64,000 nucleotides of DNA from Clostridia bacterium (lineage in GTDB: Bacteria; Bacillota; Clostridia; RUG12999), in assembly GCA_045577655.1 (NCBI GenBank), contig JAZNIU010000027.1, forward strand, positions 1,528-65,527, in the 5' to 3' direction. Shown piece after piece: positions 28,023 to 38,312 of the stretch (within the stretch, counting starts at the first letter, position 1; every line of letters starts with the position of its first letter). The position numbers and the translations under genes are program-made. The notes under the pieces are model-generated. The model saw only the letters and a list, made by a program, of their open reading frames with translations. It had not been told where the DNA came from and made no database searches.

Positions 28023-28823
28023 ATGGGAAAAGTGTATGTAATAACGTCCGGCAAGGGCGGTGTTGGTAAAACAACTACAACGGCAAATATAGGAACGGCA
28101 CTTGCCGCACGCGGCAAAAAAGTTGTGCTTATAGATGCAGATATTGGGCTCAGAAATCTTGATCTTATTATGGGTCTTGAAAACAGAGTTGTCTATGACA
28201 TTGTAAACGTCATAGAGAAAAAGTGCAGACTTAAACAGGCACTTATCAAAGATAAAAGACAAAAGGAACTTTATATGCTTCCGGCGGCACAGACGAGAGA
28301 TAAAGACTGTGTTACTGCCGAGCAAATGAAAGAACTTTGTGAAACGCTTAAAAAAGAGTTTGATTACATACTTATAGACTGTCCTGCAGGGATTGAACAG
28401 GGATTTAAAAATGCAATTGCAGGAGCAGATGAAGCAATTGTTGTTACAACGCCCGAAGTGTCTGCAGTAAGAGACGCCGACAGGATTATCGGACTGCTTG
28501 AAGCAAACGGGCTTAAAAAGCCTCGGCTTATTGTAAACCGTATTCGCATAAACATGGTAAAAAAAGGAAACATGATGGGTGTTGAGGACATTGAGGAACT
28601 TCTTGCCATAGGAATTCTAGGCATTGTTCCCGATGATGAAAATATAATAATAACCTCCAATAAAGGCGAACCTGCAGCAATGAACGAAAAAACTCTCATA
28701 GGGGAGGCATATCGCAATATTGCCGGCAGAGTTTGCGGAGAGGACATTCCGTTTATAAAGTTTGACACAGAAAACTTTATAACTAGAGTGCGCAAAATGT
28801 TTGGAGGTGTAAAATATGCTTAA
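28023..28823 (+). CDS. minD: Septum site-determining ATPase MinD
   Basis: MGKVYVITSGKGGVGKTT is the deviant Walker A. RBS GGAGG precedes the ATG at 28023. Confidence 0.9.
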   Translation: MGKVYVITSGKGGVGKTTTTANIGTALAARGKKVVLIDADIGLRNLDLIMGLENRVVYDIVNVIEKKCRLKQALIKDKRQKELYMLPAAQTRDKDCVTAEQMKELCETLKKEFDYILIDCPAGIEQGFKNAIAGADEAIVVTTPEVSAVRDADRIIGLLEANGLKKPRLIVNRIRINMVKKGNMMGVEDIEELLAIGILGIVPDDENIIITSNKGEPAAMNEKTLIGEAYRNIAGRVCGEDIPFIKFDTENFITRVRKMFGGVKYA

Positions 28824-29085
28824 AGGAATTTCGCGGCTACTAAAAAAACACAAGTCAAGTGAGGTTGCAAAAAGCAGAATGCAGGTTCTTCTGTCCATCG
28901 ACAGACAGAAAACGTCTATGATAACGGAAGAAACAATTAACAATATCAAAGAAGAAATAATGGCGGTAATAAGCAAATATCTTAAGATAGATGTAACATC
29001 TTTTGATGTAAAACTTGAAAGGAACACAGACGACAGTGGCAGAGTTCTTTCCACTGTTGTTGCCAATATACCAATAGACATATAA
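28816..29085 (+). CDS. minE: Cell division topological specificity factor MinE
   Basis: 89 aa overlapping the minD stop, with the typical MinE N-terminus (...[19 protein letters not shown]). Confidence 0.8.
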   Translation: MLKGISRLLKKHKSSEVAKSRMQVLLSIDRQKTSMITEETINNIKEEIMAVISKYLKIDVTSFDVKLERNTDDSGRVLSTVVANIPIDI

Positions 29086-29093
29086 CAGAAAGG

Positions 29094-29525
29094 ATGGGGC
29101 AAATGAACATTGCTTTAATTGCACACGACAAGAAAAAAGAACTTATGGTACAATTCTGTATTGCATACAAGGGGATTTTAGAAAAACATACTCTTTGTGC
29201 CACAGGTACAACAGGCGGACTTATTGCGGAAACAACGGGGCTTAATGTCCACCGCTTTCTGTCGGGACCGCAGGGCGGCGATCAGCAGATTGGTGCAAGA
29301 ATTGCATATGACGAAATTGACCTTGTCCTCTTTTTCAGAGACCCACTTACAATGAAACCTCACGAGCCGGAAATTTCCCCCATTTTGAAGCTCGCCGATA
29401 TACACAATGTTCCGGTAGCAACAAATGTTGCAACTGCCGAAGTTCTTATTATGGGCGTGGAAAGAGGCGACCTGGCTTGGCGTGAAATTGTTAATCCTAA
29501 AGCTAAAGCAAATATTGTTGAATAG
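29094..29525 (+). CDS. mgsA: Methylglyoxal synthase
   Basis: [16 protein letters not shown]...[11 protein letters not shown] is the MgsA signature. Confidence 0.85.
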   Translation: MGQMNIALIAHDKKKELMVQFCIAYKGILEKHTLCATGTTGGLIAETTGLNVHRFLSGPQGGDQQIGARIAYDEIDLVLFFRDPLTMKPHEPEISPILKLADIHNVPVATNVATAEVLIMGVERGDLAWREIVNPKAKANIVE

Positions 29526-29545
29526 TATTTGCGGAAAGGCACAAA

Positions 29546-30835
29546 ATGGAAAATTTAACCGTTGTTGAGCTTAGGAAGAAAGCAAAAGAGCTGGGAGCAA
29601 CAGGCGTTTCTTCCATGAAAAAATCTCAACTTATTGAATTTATTGATTCGGCAAAAGCTTTTGACGAACCTAAAAAACAGCTTTTTGACCTTAATAAAAG
29701 CAAAAAAAATGTCGACGGAATTTTAGAGGTGCTTGCCGACGGATATGGGTTTGCCAGAGGTGCAAACTGTCTGGATGGCAACAGCGATGTTTATGTTTCG
29801 CCGTCGCTTATCAGAAAATATCTCTTGAAAACAGGCGATAAAATTGAGGGTTTTGCAGTTCGCCGTGAAGGCGAAAAGTTTGAAGCTCTTATATACATTA
29901 CATCAGTCAACGGAGAAAAACCCGAAAAAATAAAAAACAGGGTTTCGTTTGAAAATCTTGTTCCGGTATATCCGGACGAGAGACTGAAAATGGAAACAAC
30001 TCAAAATGAATATGCTACAAGACTTATGGATATTATTTCACCGGTGGGCAAAGGGCAGAGAGGGCTTATTGTTGCTCCGCCAAAAACCGGTAAAACCACC
30101 ATACTAAAACAAATAGCAAAAAGTGTGAAGAAAAACAATCCTGAAGTTCACTTAATAGTTCTGTTAATTGATGAGCGCCCCGAAGAAGTGACAGATATGA
30201 TTTATTCGATAGAGGGTGCCGAGGTTGTTTATTCCACTTTTGATATGCCGCCCGAAAACCATACAAAAGTTGCGGAAATGGTGCTCGAACGCGTCCAGCG
30301 TCTTGTTGAACAGAAAAAGGATGTTGTTTTGCTGCTTGACAGTTTAACGCGTCTTGCAAGAGCATACAATCTTACTGGTCAGACAAGCGGAAGGTCTCTT
30401 TCCGGCGGGCTTGATGCGGGAGCACTTTATAAACCTAAAAAATTCTTTGGTGCTGCCAGAAACATTAAATCAGGTGGAAGCCTGACCATACTTGCAACTG
30501 CGCTCATAGAAACGGGAAGCAAGATGGATGATGTTATTTTTGAGGAGTTCAAGGGAACAGGGAATATGGAACTTCACCTTGACAGGAAAATGTCTGAACG
30601 CAGAATTTTCCCTGCCATTGACATTTACAAGTCGGGCACAAGAAAAGAGAATCTTCTTCTTCCGTACGAGGAACTTGCAGCAGCCTGGAATATAAGGCGT
30701 GCGTTCGGGGACACACCATCGCCCGAGGTAACGGAATATATAATCAAAAAACTTGTTTCTACAAAAAACAATTTGGAATTTATTGATATTATAAACAAAG
30801 AAATGAAAAACGAAAATTTTTCAGTCAGGAGATAG
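29546..30835 (+). CDS. rho: Transcription termination factor Rho
   Basis: Rho_N domain ([14 protein letters not shown]), then an OB domain, then RecA-like ATPase motifs (Walker [10 protein letters not shown]). Confidence 0.9.
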   Translation: MENLTVVELRKKAKELGATGVSSMKKSQLIEFIDSAKAFDEPKKQLFDLNKSKKNVDGILEVLADGYGFARGANCLDGNSDVYVSPSLIRKYLLKTGDKIEGFAVRREGEKFEALIYITSVNGEKPEKIKNRVSFENLVPVYPDERLKMETTQNEYATRLMDIISPVGKGQRGLIVAPPKTGKTTILKQIAKSVKKNNPEVHLIVLLIDERPEEVTDMIYSIEGAEVVYSTFDMPPENHTKVAEMVLERVQRLVEQKKDVVLLLDSLTRLARAYNLTGQTSGRSLSGGLDAGALYKPKKFFGAARNIKSGGSLTILATALIETGSKMDDVIFEEFKGTGNMELHLDRKMSERRIFPAIDIYKSGTRKENLLLPYEELAAAWNIRRAFGDTPSPEVTEYIIKKLVSTKNNLEFIDIINKEMKNENFSVRR

Positions 30836-30838
30836 TTT

Positions 30839-31981
30839 ATGAAAAAAATTGTCGCATTATTAGTTGTTATAACTCTTGCTTTTTCAGCAGTATCTTTGCA
30901 GGCTTTTGCTCTTGATATCAGCGATGTTGACAGTAATGCGGCACTTCTTATGGATGCAACTACAGGGAAGATTATGTTTGAGAAGAACCCTGACCAGAAG
31001 GTTGCTATCGCAAGTATAACAAAACTTATGGTTCTGCTTATCACTATGGAAGAAATAAAAGCAGGAAATCTTACTCTTGACACAATTATAACAGGAACAA
31101 AAGAAGCAAAGGAAATAGGCGGGTCCACGATGTTTCTGGACGACGGTGAACAGCTGCCGCTTGAAACTATAATAAAAGGAATTTGCATAAGCAGTGCAAA
31201 TGATGGGACGGTTGCTCTTGCACAACATATAGAGGGTAGCACAGCCGGTTTTGTTGCCCGTATGAATTCCCGCGCGAAAGAACTTGGACTTAAAAGTACT
31301 AACTATAAAAATGTTGTTGGATTTGACGATTTTGAACACTATTCAACTGCCAGAGATGTTGCGGTCATCAGCCGTGAACTTGTGCTTAACCACCCGGAAA
31401 TTCTGACCTATTCATCAATTAAGGAAGAATGGATAAGAGAGGGAAAAACACAGCTGCTTAACACCAACAGGCTTATTGGCAGATACAAATATGCTACCGG
31501 TCTTAAAACGGGAACAGAAAGCAACGCAAAATATTGTCTTGTTGCCACTGCCAAAAAAGATGAAACAGAGCTTATTGCAGTTGTTCTTGGCGCAGACGAT
31601 AATACTATGAGAACGATAGAAGCACAAATGCTTCTTGAATACGGATATAATTCTTTTGAGCTTGCGACCGTGGCGCCGGTGTCGGAACCACTGGGACAGA
31701 TAAAAGTGAAAAAAGGAAAAGCTGATTTTGTTGATGTTGTTCCGGAAAAAGATGTTAAGGTTGTAGTTCCCAAAGGACAAAGCGATTTAATAAAAAAAGA
31801 AGTTGTTTTTGATGATGAAATTTCAGCTCCTTTTGTAAAAGGTACAAAAGTGGGGGAAATTACTGTCAGGGTGGGCGACGAGGTTGCAGCAGTTGTGCCA
31901 CTTGTGACGGCAGCAGAGCTGGAAAAAATTTCTTTTTTCGGAGCTCTTTTAAAACTTATACGTTCAATGTTTGCATTTTAG
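30839..31981 (+). CDS. D-alanyl-D-alanine carboxypeptidase (serine-type, PBP5 family)
   Basis: Signal peptide. Motifs SITK (ASITKLM), SxN (SSANDG) and KTG (LKTGTE). Confidence 0.85.
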   Translation: MKKIVALLVVITLAFSAVSLQAFALDISDVDSNAALLMDATTGKIMFEKNPDQKVAIASITKLMVLLITMEEIKAGNLTLDTIITGTKEAKEIGGSTMFLDDGEQLPLETIIKGICISSANDGTVALAQHIEGSTAGFVARMNSRAKELGLKSTNYKNVVGFDDFEHYSTARDVAVISRELVLNHPEILTYSSIKEEWIREGKTQLLNTNRLIGRYKYATGLKTGTESNAKYCLVATAKKDETELIAVVLGADDNTMRTIEAQMLLEYGYNSFELATVAPVSEPLGQIKVKKGKADFVDVVPEKDVKVVVPKGQSDLIKKEVVFDDEISAPFVKGTKVGEITVRVGDEVAAVVPLVTAAELEKISFFGALLKLIRSMFAF

Positions 31982-31984
31982 AAA

Positions 31985-32013
31985 AACTGCCTTTGAAAAA
32001 AGGCAGTTTTTTT
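31985..32013 (+). terminator. Rho-independent terminator
   Basis: AACTGCCTTT gaaa AAAGGCAGTT followed by TTTTTTT. Confidence 0.8.
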
Positions 32014-32112
32014 GCAAAAAAATTGAAAAAAATATTGAAAAAAGACGAATGCTGTGCTATAATTACTTTATTAAACCGCCTGTGTCACGATAAAGGAATT
32101 GAGTGATTTAAT

Positions 32113-33261
32113 ATGAAAAAAATATGGTTGGTTGTTTTGCTTGCTTCGGTAATGGCTTTGTTGATATGTTGTGCAAGCCCTAAAGTACATAATTCTGATA
32201 TCCGGGAAACACCGGAGCAAAAAGAAGAAAAAGAAATTCTTGCAATTATTGAAAATATGACATTGAACGAAAAAGTATGTCAGATGTTCATTGTTGCTCC
32301 CGAAAACCTTAATATGGGAGAAACCGTCCGGAGCGTTTCACCGACCTTTATATCAGGGTTGGAAGAATACCCGGTAGGCGGAATTGTCTGTTTTGCGGAC
32401 AATGTGAGCTCACGCACCCAGCTTAAGCAAATGCTATCCGATATGTCAGAACTTGGGAAAACTCCGATGTTTTTGGCTGTTGACCAGGAGGGCGGCAGAG
32501 TTGCAAGACTTAAAGAAAATGTGGATTTCCCGGCATTTGATAGTATGTATTCATACAGAAACGATGGCGAAACTGCTGCCTACGAAAATGCAAAAACTAT
32601 TGCGGAAGAAATGAAAAAACTTGGGTTTAATCTCGATTATGCACCCGTGGCAGATGTCTGGTCCAACAAAAACAACACTGTTATAGGCGAAAGAGCCTAC
32701 AGTGACGATTTTTCTGAAAGTGCAAGTCTTGTTTCTGCAGCGGTGAAAGGTTTTCACGATGGGGGAGTGATGTGCACACTTAAACATTTTCCCGGTCATG
32801 GAGATACTTTTGTTGATACCCATGATGCACTTGCCTATGTTTCAAAAACAAAAAAAGAACTTAATTCACAGGAAATTCTTCCGTTTAAAGCGGGAATAGC
32901 CGCCGGAGCAGATATGGTTATGATAGGCCATCTTGTGATAAAAGATATTGACGATAAAAACCCCGCCACTTTGTCAGATGCGGTTGTGACAGACTATCTG
33001 AAACAGGAACTTGGGTTTGACGGGGTGGTTATTACCGACAGTATGGCTATGGGCGCGGTTTCAACGCTTTATGGGTCCGGTGAATTGTCAGTGCGTGCAA
33101 TAAATGCCGGAGTGGATATTGTTCTTATGCCGAAAAGTCTTTCTGCAGCGGTTGAGGGTGTTTTAAAAGCTGTAAATGACGGCAGGGTTTCAGAAGATAG
33201 AATTGACGAAAGTGTCATGAAGATACTAAAACTGAAAAGAAAATACGGACTTTATAATTAG
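32113..33261 (+). CDS. Glycoside hydrolase family 3 beta-N-acetylhexosaminidase (NagZ-like) lipoprotein
   Basis: Signal peptide with Cys (LICCAS). The KHFPGHGD catalytic motif is diagnostic of GH3 NagZ. Confidence 0.8.
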   Translation: MKKIWLVVLLASVMALLICCASPKVHNSDIRETPEQKEEKEILAIIENMTLNEKVCQMFIVAPENLNMGETVRSVSPTFISGLEEYPVGGIVCFADNVSSRTQLKQMLSDMSELGKTPMFLAVDQEGGRVARLKENVDFPAFDSMYSYRNDGETAAYENAKTIAEEMKKLGFNLDYAPVADVWSNKNNTVIGERAYSDDFSESASLVSAAVKGFHDGGVMCTLKHFPGHGDTFVDTHDALAYVSKTKKELNSQEILPFKAGIAAGADMVMIGHLVIKDIDDKNPATLSDAVVTDYLKQELGFDGVVITDSMAMGAVSTLYGSGELSVRAINAGVDIVLMPKSLSAAVEGVLKAVNDGRVSEDRIDESVMKILKLKRKYGLYN

Positions 33262-33281
33262 CATAAACAGGAGGGACCACC

Positions 33282-33854
33282 ATGCAGATTTTAAAAGACA
33301 GAATACTTAAAGACGGCAAAGTTAAACCCGGAAATGTTTTAAAGGTTGACAGTTTTTTAAATCACAAAATGGACATTCGTTTGCTGAAAGAAATTGGTGA
33401 TGAGTTTAAAAGAAGATTTGCAGATGTTAAAATCAACAAAATTTTAACAGTTGAAGCATCCGGTATCGGTATTGCATGCATGGTAGCACAGGCATTTGAT
33501 GTCCCACTTGTATTTGCAAAGAAAAATCAGACAAAAAATATTGCTGGAGAGGTTTTTACTTCCAAAGTTAAATCCTTTACCCACGGCAGAATATATGATG
33601 TAATCGTTTCAAAAGAATTTCTGTCGCCCGACGACAAAGTTCTTGTTATAGACGATTTTATGGCTAACGGTTGTGCACTTGAGGGACTTATAGAAATTAT
33701 AAATCAGTCGGGAGCGTCTCTTGAGGGGGTTGGCATTGTTATTGAAAAATGGTTCCAGGGCGGCGGAGACAGAATCCGCGAAAAAGGAATACGTGTGGAA
33801 TCTCTTGCTATGATAGAATCAATGACAGATACAACTCTTAAATTTAAAGAATAA
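33282..33854 (+). CDS. xpt: Xanthine phosphoribosyltransferase
   Basis: MQILKDRILKDGKV...VDSFLNHKMD matches the Xpt N-terminus. PRPP motif VLVIDDFMANG. Confidence 0.85.
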   Translation: MQILKDRILKDGKVKPGNVLKVDSFLNHKMDIRLLKEIGDEFKRRFADVKINKILTVEASGIGIACMVAQAFDVPLVFAKKNQTKNIAGEVFTSKVKSFTHGRIYDVIVSKEFLSPDDKVLVIDDFMANGCALEGLIEIINQSGASLEGVGIVIEKWFQGGGDRIREKGIRVESLAMIESMTDTTLKFKE

Positions 33855-33857
33855 AAT

Positions 33858-34715
33858 ATGAAAAAATTAACTTATTTAGTTTTGGTGTTGTTTTTTCTTT
33901 CGGGATGCAAAGGGGATGTCCTTGAAGAAGAGTTTGAAAGCAGTCTTATTATTTCTTCAGGACAAACTCTGGAAACGAGAATATCCGTGCCTGACGGTTT
34001 TGTAAGGAAAGATGCCAAAGAGGGAAGTTTAACGAATTTTTTGCGTAAATACAGTATGAAAGACAGAGGCGAACCACTGCTGCTGCATAATGGCAAAAAC
34101 AAATCAAACCAAAAGGCACATGCGGCAATATTTAATCTTCCGATAGAAACTGATGATTTGCAACAATGTGCCGATTCGGTAATTCGTGTGTATGCAGAAT
34201 ATTTTTGGGCAACCGGACAGAAAGAAAAAATTGCTTTTCATTTTACTGATGGATTTTTGTGTGAATATTTAAAGTGGGAACAGGGTTTTCGCCCCGTTGT
34301 AGATGATGGAGGAACAAGGTGGAGCAAAACTGTCGGGGTTGACACTTCATATCAAAATTTTGTAAAATATCTCAGGACGGTTTTCAGTTATGCCGGGACG
34401 TTGTCAGTGGAAGCCTACGAAACAGAAACAATAAGCCTTTCGGAAATGACGGTGGGCGATGTTATAATAAAAGGCGGCTCGCCGGGACACGTTGTTATGG
34501 TTGTTGATGTCTGTGAAAATGAAAAAGGAGAAAAAGCTTTTTTGCTTGCACAGGGTTATATGCCTGCACAGGAGTTTCACGTCATAAAAAATCCTTTGCA
34601 TGAGGATGATATGTGGTATTATGAAAAGGAAATAATATTTCCCCTTAATACTGCAGAATATACTTTTGGAAATGATAAAATGATTAAAAGAGTAAATTAC
34701 TCTGAAATAAATTAG
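33858..34715 (+). CDS. Hypothetical lipoprotein
   Basis: Lipobox LSGC. 285 aa with no motif I can assign confidently. Confidence 0.35.
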   Translation: MKKLTYLVLVLFFLSGCKGDVLEEEFESSLIISSGQTLETRISVPDGFVRKDAKEGSLTNFLRKYSMKDRGEPLLLHNGKNKSNQKAHAAIFNLPIETDDLQQCADSVIRVYAEYFWATGQKEKIAFHFTDGFLCEYLKWEQGFRPVVDDGGTRWSKTVGVDTSYQNFVKYLRTVFSYAGTLSVEAYETETISLSEMTVGDVIIKGGSPGHVVMVVDVCENEKGEKAFLLAQGYMPAQEFHVIKNPLHEDDMWYYEKEIIFPLNTAEYTFGNDKMIKRVNYSEIN

Positions 34716-34748
34716 CTTAAAAAAAGACAGATATACAGGAGGAACATT

Positions 34749-35432
34749 ATGAAAAAGATTTATGAAGGAAAAACAAAAGATGTTTACGAACTTGAAAACG
34801 GCAATGTAATGCTTAAGTTCAAAGATGATTGCACAGGCAAAGACGGTGTTTTTGACCCTGGTGAAAACACAGTTGGTCTTAAAATTGACGGCATAGGCAA
34901 AGAAAACCTCAAAACTTCGGTTTACTATTTTAATATGCTTAAAGATGCCGGCATTAAAACACATTTTGTGAGCGCAGATGTTGAAAATGCAACTATGGAA
35001 GTGCTTCCGGGCAAAGTTTTCGGACACGGCCTTGAAGTTATCTGCAGACTTGTTGCAACAGGAAGCTTCATCCGCAGATATGGCGAATATATCGAAGACG
35101 GCACACCACTTGAAGGCGGTTATGTTGAATGCACATTCAAAAACGACGAAAAAGGTGACCCGCTTGTAACAAGCGAAGGACTTGCTGCTCTTGGCGTTAT
35201 GAGCGAAAGCATGTTTGAAAGCATGAAACAGCAGACTCTTAAAATAACAAAAATTGTTGCAGACGACCTTAAAACAATAGGTCTTGATTTGTGGGATATC
35301 AAATTTGAATTTGGCTACAACAACGACGAAGTTATCCTCATTGACGAAATTGCTTCGGGCAATATGCGTGTATATAAAGACGGGAAAATTGTTGAACCGG
35401 TTGAGCTTACAAAATATATCCTTAACAGATAA
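34749..35432 (+). CDS. purC: Phosphoribosylaminoimidazole-succinocarboxamide synthase
   Basis: [18 protein letters not shown] is the SAICAR synthetase N-terminus. 227 aa. Confidence 0.9.
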   Translation: MKKIYEGKTKDVYELENGNVMLKFKDDCTGKDGVFDPGENTVGLKIDGIGKENLKTSVYYFNMLKDAGIKTHFVSADVENATMEVLPGKVFGHGLEVICRLVATGSFIRRYGEYIEDGTPLEGGYVECTFKNDEKGDPLVTSEGLAALGVMSESMFESMKQQTLKITKIVADDLKTIGLDLWDIKFEFGYNNDEVILIDEIASGNMRVYKDGKIVEPVELTKYILNR

Positions 35433-35563
35433 TATAAAATTAGATTGGACGGCACTTTGCTTTTTGCGTTGTGCCGTCTTTTTTACAGTAAAAATTATTG
35501 ACCGTTTCAAGCGTTTATGGTATAATAAAATGACAGAATAAGGCATTTTTTAAGAGGAACATT

Positions 35564-36367
35564 GTGCGGATGACAAAAAGTATATTAACAAAAGAACAGC
35601 TGATGATGCAGCTTTATAAATTCCGGCATATTAAAGGCAAAATTGTTACGGTACATACTTCGCTGAAAGCTGTTGGAGAAATAGAGGGTGGCGGCGAAAC
35701 ACTTTTGTCGGCATTGATCAATTTTTTCACTCAGGACGGTGGACTTTTATGTGTCCCCACGCATACCTGGGACAGTGATGTATACGACACGAGAAGAGCG
35801 GACAGTTGCACAGGGGTTTTGTCGCAGCTTGCAGCTGCACATCCCGATGCTGTAAGAACCCTGCATCCCACACATTCCATGGCGGTGTTTGGGGAGAGGG
35901 AAAAGGTGGATTCTTTTATAAATTATGAGGCTGTTTCTGATACGCCGGCAAATCCCCGTGGATGTTACGGCAAAATTCTTGAAGAGGACGGATATGTTCT
36001 ATTGATTGGTGTAGGACATGAGAAAAACACATTTCTTCATTGTGTGGAAGAACTTCTTGACACGCCTGCCCGTTTGACAGAATATAAAGTTGAAAAGAAG
36101 ATTATTCATAAAGACGGAAGAGAAGAAAAACGCTTTATGTATTGGTTTGATGAAAAGAAAATTCCCGATATTTCCATATATTTTCCAAAATTTGAAGAGG
36201 CGTTTCGCTATTATGGTGCTATCGAGGATGGCTGTATTGGAAACGCCAAAGCACAGATGTGCAGCGCAAGAAAAATGTTTGATGCTATAGAAAAAATTTA
36301 TACAAACAACCATTTTGAAGAGTTGCTTGGAAACGACCTGCCAATAGACAAAAAGCTATACCAGTAA
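35564..36367 (+). CDS. AAC(3)-family aminoglycoside N3-acetyltransferase homologue
   Basis: ~267 aa. VTVHTSLKAVGEIEGGGETLLSAL...LLCVPTHTW follows the PF02522 pattern. GTG start. Confidence 0.7.
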   Translation: MRMTKSILTKEQLMMQLYKFRHIKGKIVTVHTSLKAVGEIEGGGETLLSALINFFTQDGGLLCVPTHTWDSDVYDTRRADSCTGVLSQLAAAHPDAVRTLHPTHSMAVFGEREKVDSFINYEAVSDTPANPRGCYGKILEEDGYVLLIGVGHEKNTFLHCVEELLDTPARLTEYKVEKKIIHKDGREEKRFMYWFDEKKIPDISIYFPKFEEAFRYYGAIEDGCIGNAKAQMCSARKMFDAIEKIYTNNHFEELLGNDLPIDKKLYQ

Positions 36368-36424
36368 CATTGTTTAGTTTTTGTATAGTAGAAATCTAAA
36401 AAATTATAAAAAGGAAATTTTAAT

Positions 36425-36820
36425 ATGAACAGATTAGAAAAAGCAGTAGAAAATCATAACAAAGGATGCAACTGTGCGCAATCGGTGGCATGCGTGTTTG
36501 CAGACAGATTGGGATATAGCGAGGATGAAATATTCAGACTCACCGAAGCTTTTGGCGGAGGTATGGGTGGAACTCAGGGTGTTTGCGGTGCTGTAAGTGC
36601 TATGGTTTTTGTGGCAGGTGGAATCAAGAGCTATGGTATGGACAGACTTCCCGAAACAAATAAAAAAGAAAGCTACGATTTTGCCTGTGAGCTTATGGAG
36701 AGATTTAAGTCCAGGATTGGAACAATTATGTGTGAAGAAATAAAAAATAAAGCTCTTCGCTCGTGTGACGGATGTATAGAGGATGCCGTCGAAATATTAG
36801 AAGAATTTATGGGAGAATAA
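36425..36820 (+). CDS. C_GCAxxG_C_C family protein (putative redox-active protein)
   Basis: KGCNCAQSVACVF...GVCGAVSA carries the family's namesake cysteine motif. Confidence 0.75.
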   Translation: MNRLEKAVENHNKGCNCAQSVACVFADRLGYSEDEIFRLTEAFGGGMGGTQGVCGAVSAMVFVAGGIKSYGMDRLPETNKKESYDFACELMERFKSRIGTIMCEEIKNKALRSCDGCIEDAVEILEEFMGE

Positions 36821-36961
36821 AAAGTCTATTTTCTGTACTTTCAAATAGAGCAGTTTTGATTGTATTGTTTTTTCCTGACTTGACACCAGTAAGAATTATG
36901 TTGAAGAAAATAAATAAGAATTATAATAAATATTCAAACTGATAAAATGGGAGGAAATTTT

Positions 36962-38233
36962 ATGGTTCCGGCAATAGTACTATTTGCTTTAACTTATGTA
37001 TGCATACTTGCATTTGGCAAGTACAGGACCTATATTGCTCTTGCATCCGGTGCAATATTTATTTTATCGGGTATGCTTCCGCTAAAGGAGATACTATCTT
37101 CAATAGATTTTAATGTACTTCTTATGATTATTGGAACAATGGGGCTTGTATCTCTGTTTACAGAAAGCAAAATGCCTGCAATGCTTGCAGATATGGTTAT
37201 GGAAAAAGTTCCAAACGTTAAATGGGCAGCGGTTTCCCTGGCTTTGTTTGCTGGGATAATTTCAGCGTTTGTTGATAATGTTGCTACAGTACTTATGGTG
37301 GCACCGATAGCACTTGCCATTTGTAAAAAGCTTGACACAAATCCGGTGCCTTTTATTATAGCAATAGCCGTTTCCTCCAATCTGCAGGGCGCGGCAACAC
37401 TGGTTGGCGATACCACAGCAATTATGCTTGGTTCTGCGCTGGATATGAGTTTCCTGGACTTTTTCTGGTATAAGGGCAGACCCAGTATATTTTTTGCAGT
37501 AGAACTCGGAGCAGTACTCTCGGCGCTTATTCTGCTTTTCATATTTAAAAAAGAAAATGCATCCATTGAGCAGAAAAATGAGCGCACAAAGGTGACCGAC
37601 TATTTCCCAACAGTGCTTCTCGTTGCGGTTTTGGTGCTTCTTATCGCTGCTTCTTTTGTTCCGAACAAACCTGATATAACAAACGGACTGATATGTTGCG
37701 GTCTGCTTGTAATCGGACTTATATACACAGTTATAAAGAAGAAAACATTTTCTGCAATAGCAGAACCACTTAAAGAAATTGATTTTCAGACAATAGGAAT
37801 TCTTGTCGGAATATTCCTTATGATAGGCGGAATATCATCAATGGGAGTTATTGATGCGCTGGCAAACCTGCTTGCAAAGGCAGGCAGCGGAAACATTTTT
37901 GTGCTGTACACTGTAATTGTTGTTGCATCGGTGATTATTTCTGCATTTATCGATAATATACCTTATGTTGCAACAATGATTCCTGTTATTGCCGGGATTG
38001 CAACGGCGCTTAACATTGATGCAACACCACTCTATTTCGGACTGCTTTCGGGCGCAACCCTTGGCGGCAACATCACACCGGTGGGAGCTTCTGCCAATAT
38101 TACAGGAATAGGAATTCTGAAAAAATCGGGATATTCGGTAAGCAACGGCGACTTCTTTAAAATCGGAATTCCATTTACAATTGCTGCAATTGTCCCTGCA
38201 TACATTTATATCTGGATAATGTACGGAATTTAA
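36962..38233 (+). CDS. ArsB/NhaD-superfamily (citrate/anion) permease
   Basis: ~420 aa with 10-12 TM helices and the internal repeat typical of the ArsB/NhaD/CitMHS fold. RBS GGGAGG lies 7 nt before the ATG at 36962. Confidence 0.55.
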   Translation: MVPAIVLFALTYVCILAFGKYRTYIALASGAIFILSGMLPLKEILSSIDFNVLLMIIGTMGLVSLFTESKMPAMLADMVMEKVPNVKWAAVSLALFAGIISAFVDNVATVLMVAPIALAICKKLDTNPVPFIIAIAVSSNLQGAATLVGDTTAIMLGSALDMSFLDFFWYKGRPSIFFAVELGAVLSALILLFIFKKENASIEQKNERTKVTDYFPTVLLVAVLVLLIAASFVPNKPDITNGLICCGLLVIGLIYTVIKKKTFSAIAEPLKEIDFQTIGILVGIFLMIGGISSMGVIDALANLLAKAGSGNIFVLYTVIVVASVIISAFIDNIPYVATMIPVIAGIATALNIDATPLYFGLLSGATLGGNITPVGASANITGIGILKKSGYSVSNGDFFKIGIPFTIAAIVPAYIYIWIMYGI

Positions 38234-38312
38234 AATGCATTGACTGATTAAGAGTTTTTAAAATTTTACGTCAGCAACTAAGTTATATTGAAAATACAAA
38301 GGAGAAATTATA

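Noticed and set aside
28617-29102. 161-aa minus-strand ORF over minD/minE
   Set aside because: A shadow ORF; minD and minE are unambiguous on the plus strand.
30625-31242. 205-aa minus-strand ORF overlapping the rho 3' end and the carboxypeptidase 5' end
   Set aside because: Antisense to two confident CDSs, with no motifs and no RBS.
33262-33281. Possible purine riboswitch upstream of xpt and purC
   Set aside because: The intergenic gaps are only about 20 and 33 nt, too short for an aptamer. xpt appears co-transcribed with the upstream GH3 gene.
34404-35546. 380-aa ORF on the minus strand spanning purC and the upstream lipoprotein gene
   Set aside because: It is antisense to two well-supported genes. 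The product has bizarre composition (Phe/Cys/Asn-rich, no motifs), typical of a shadow ORF in AT-rich DNA.
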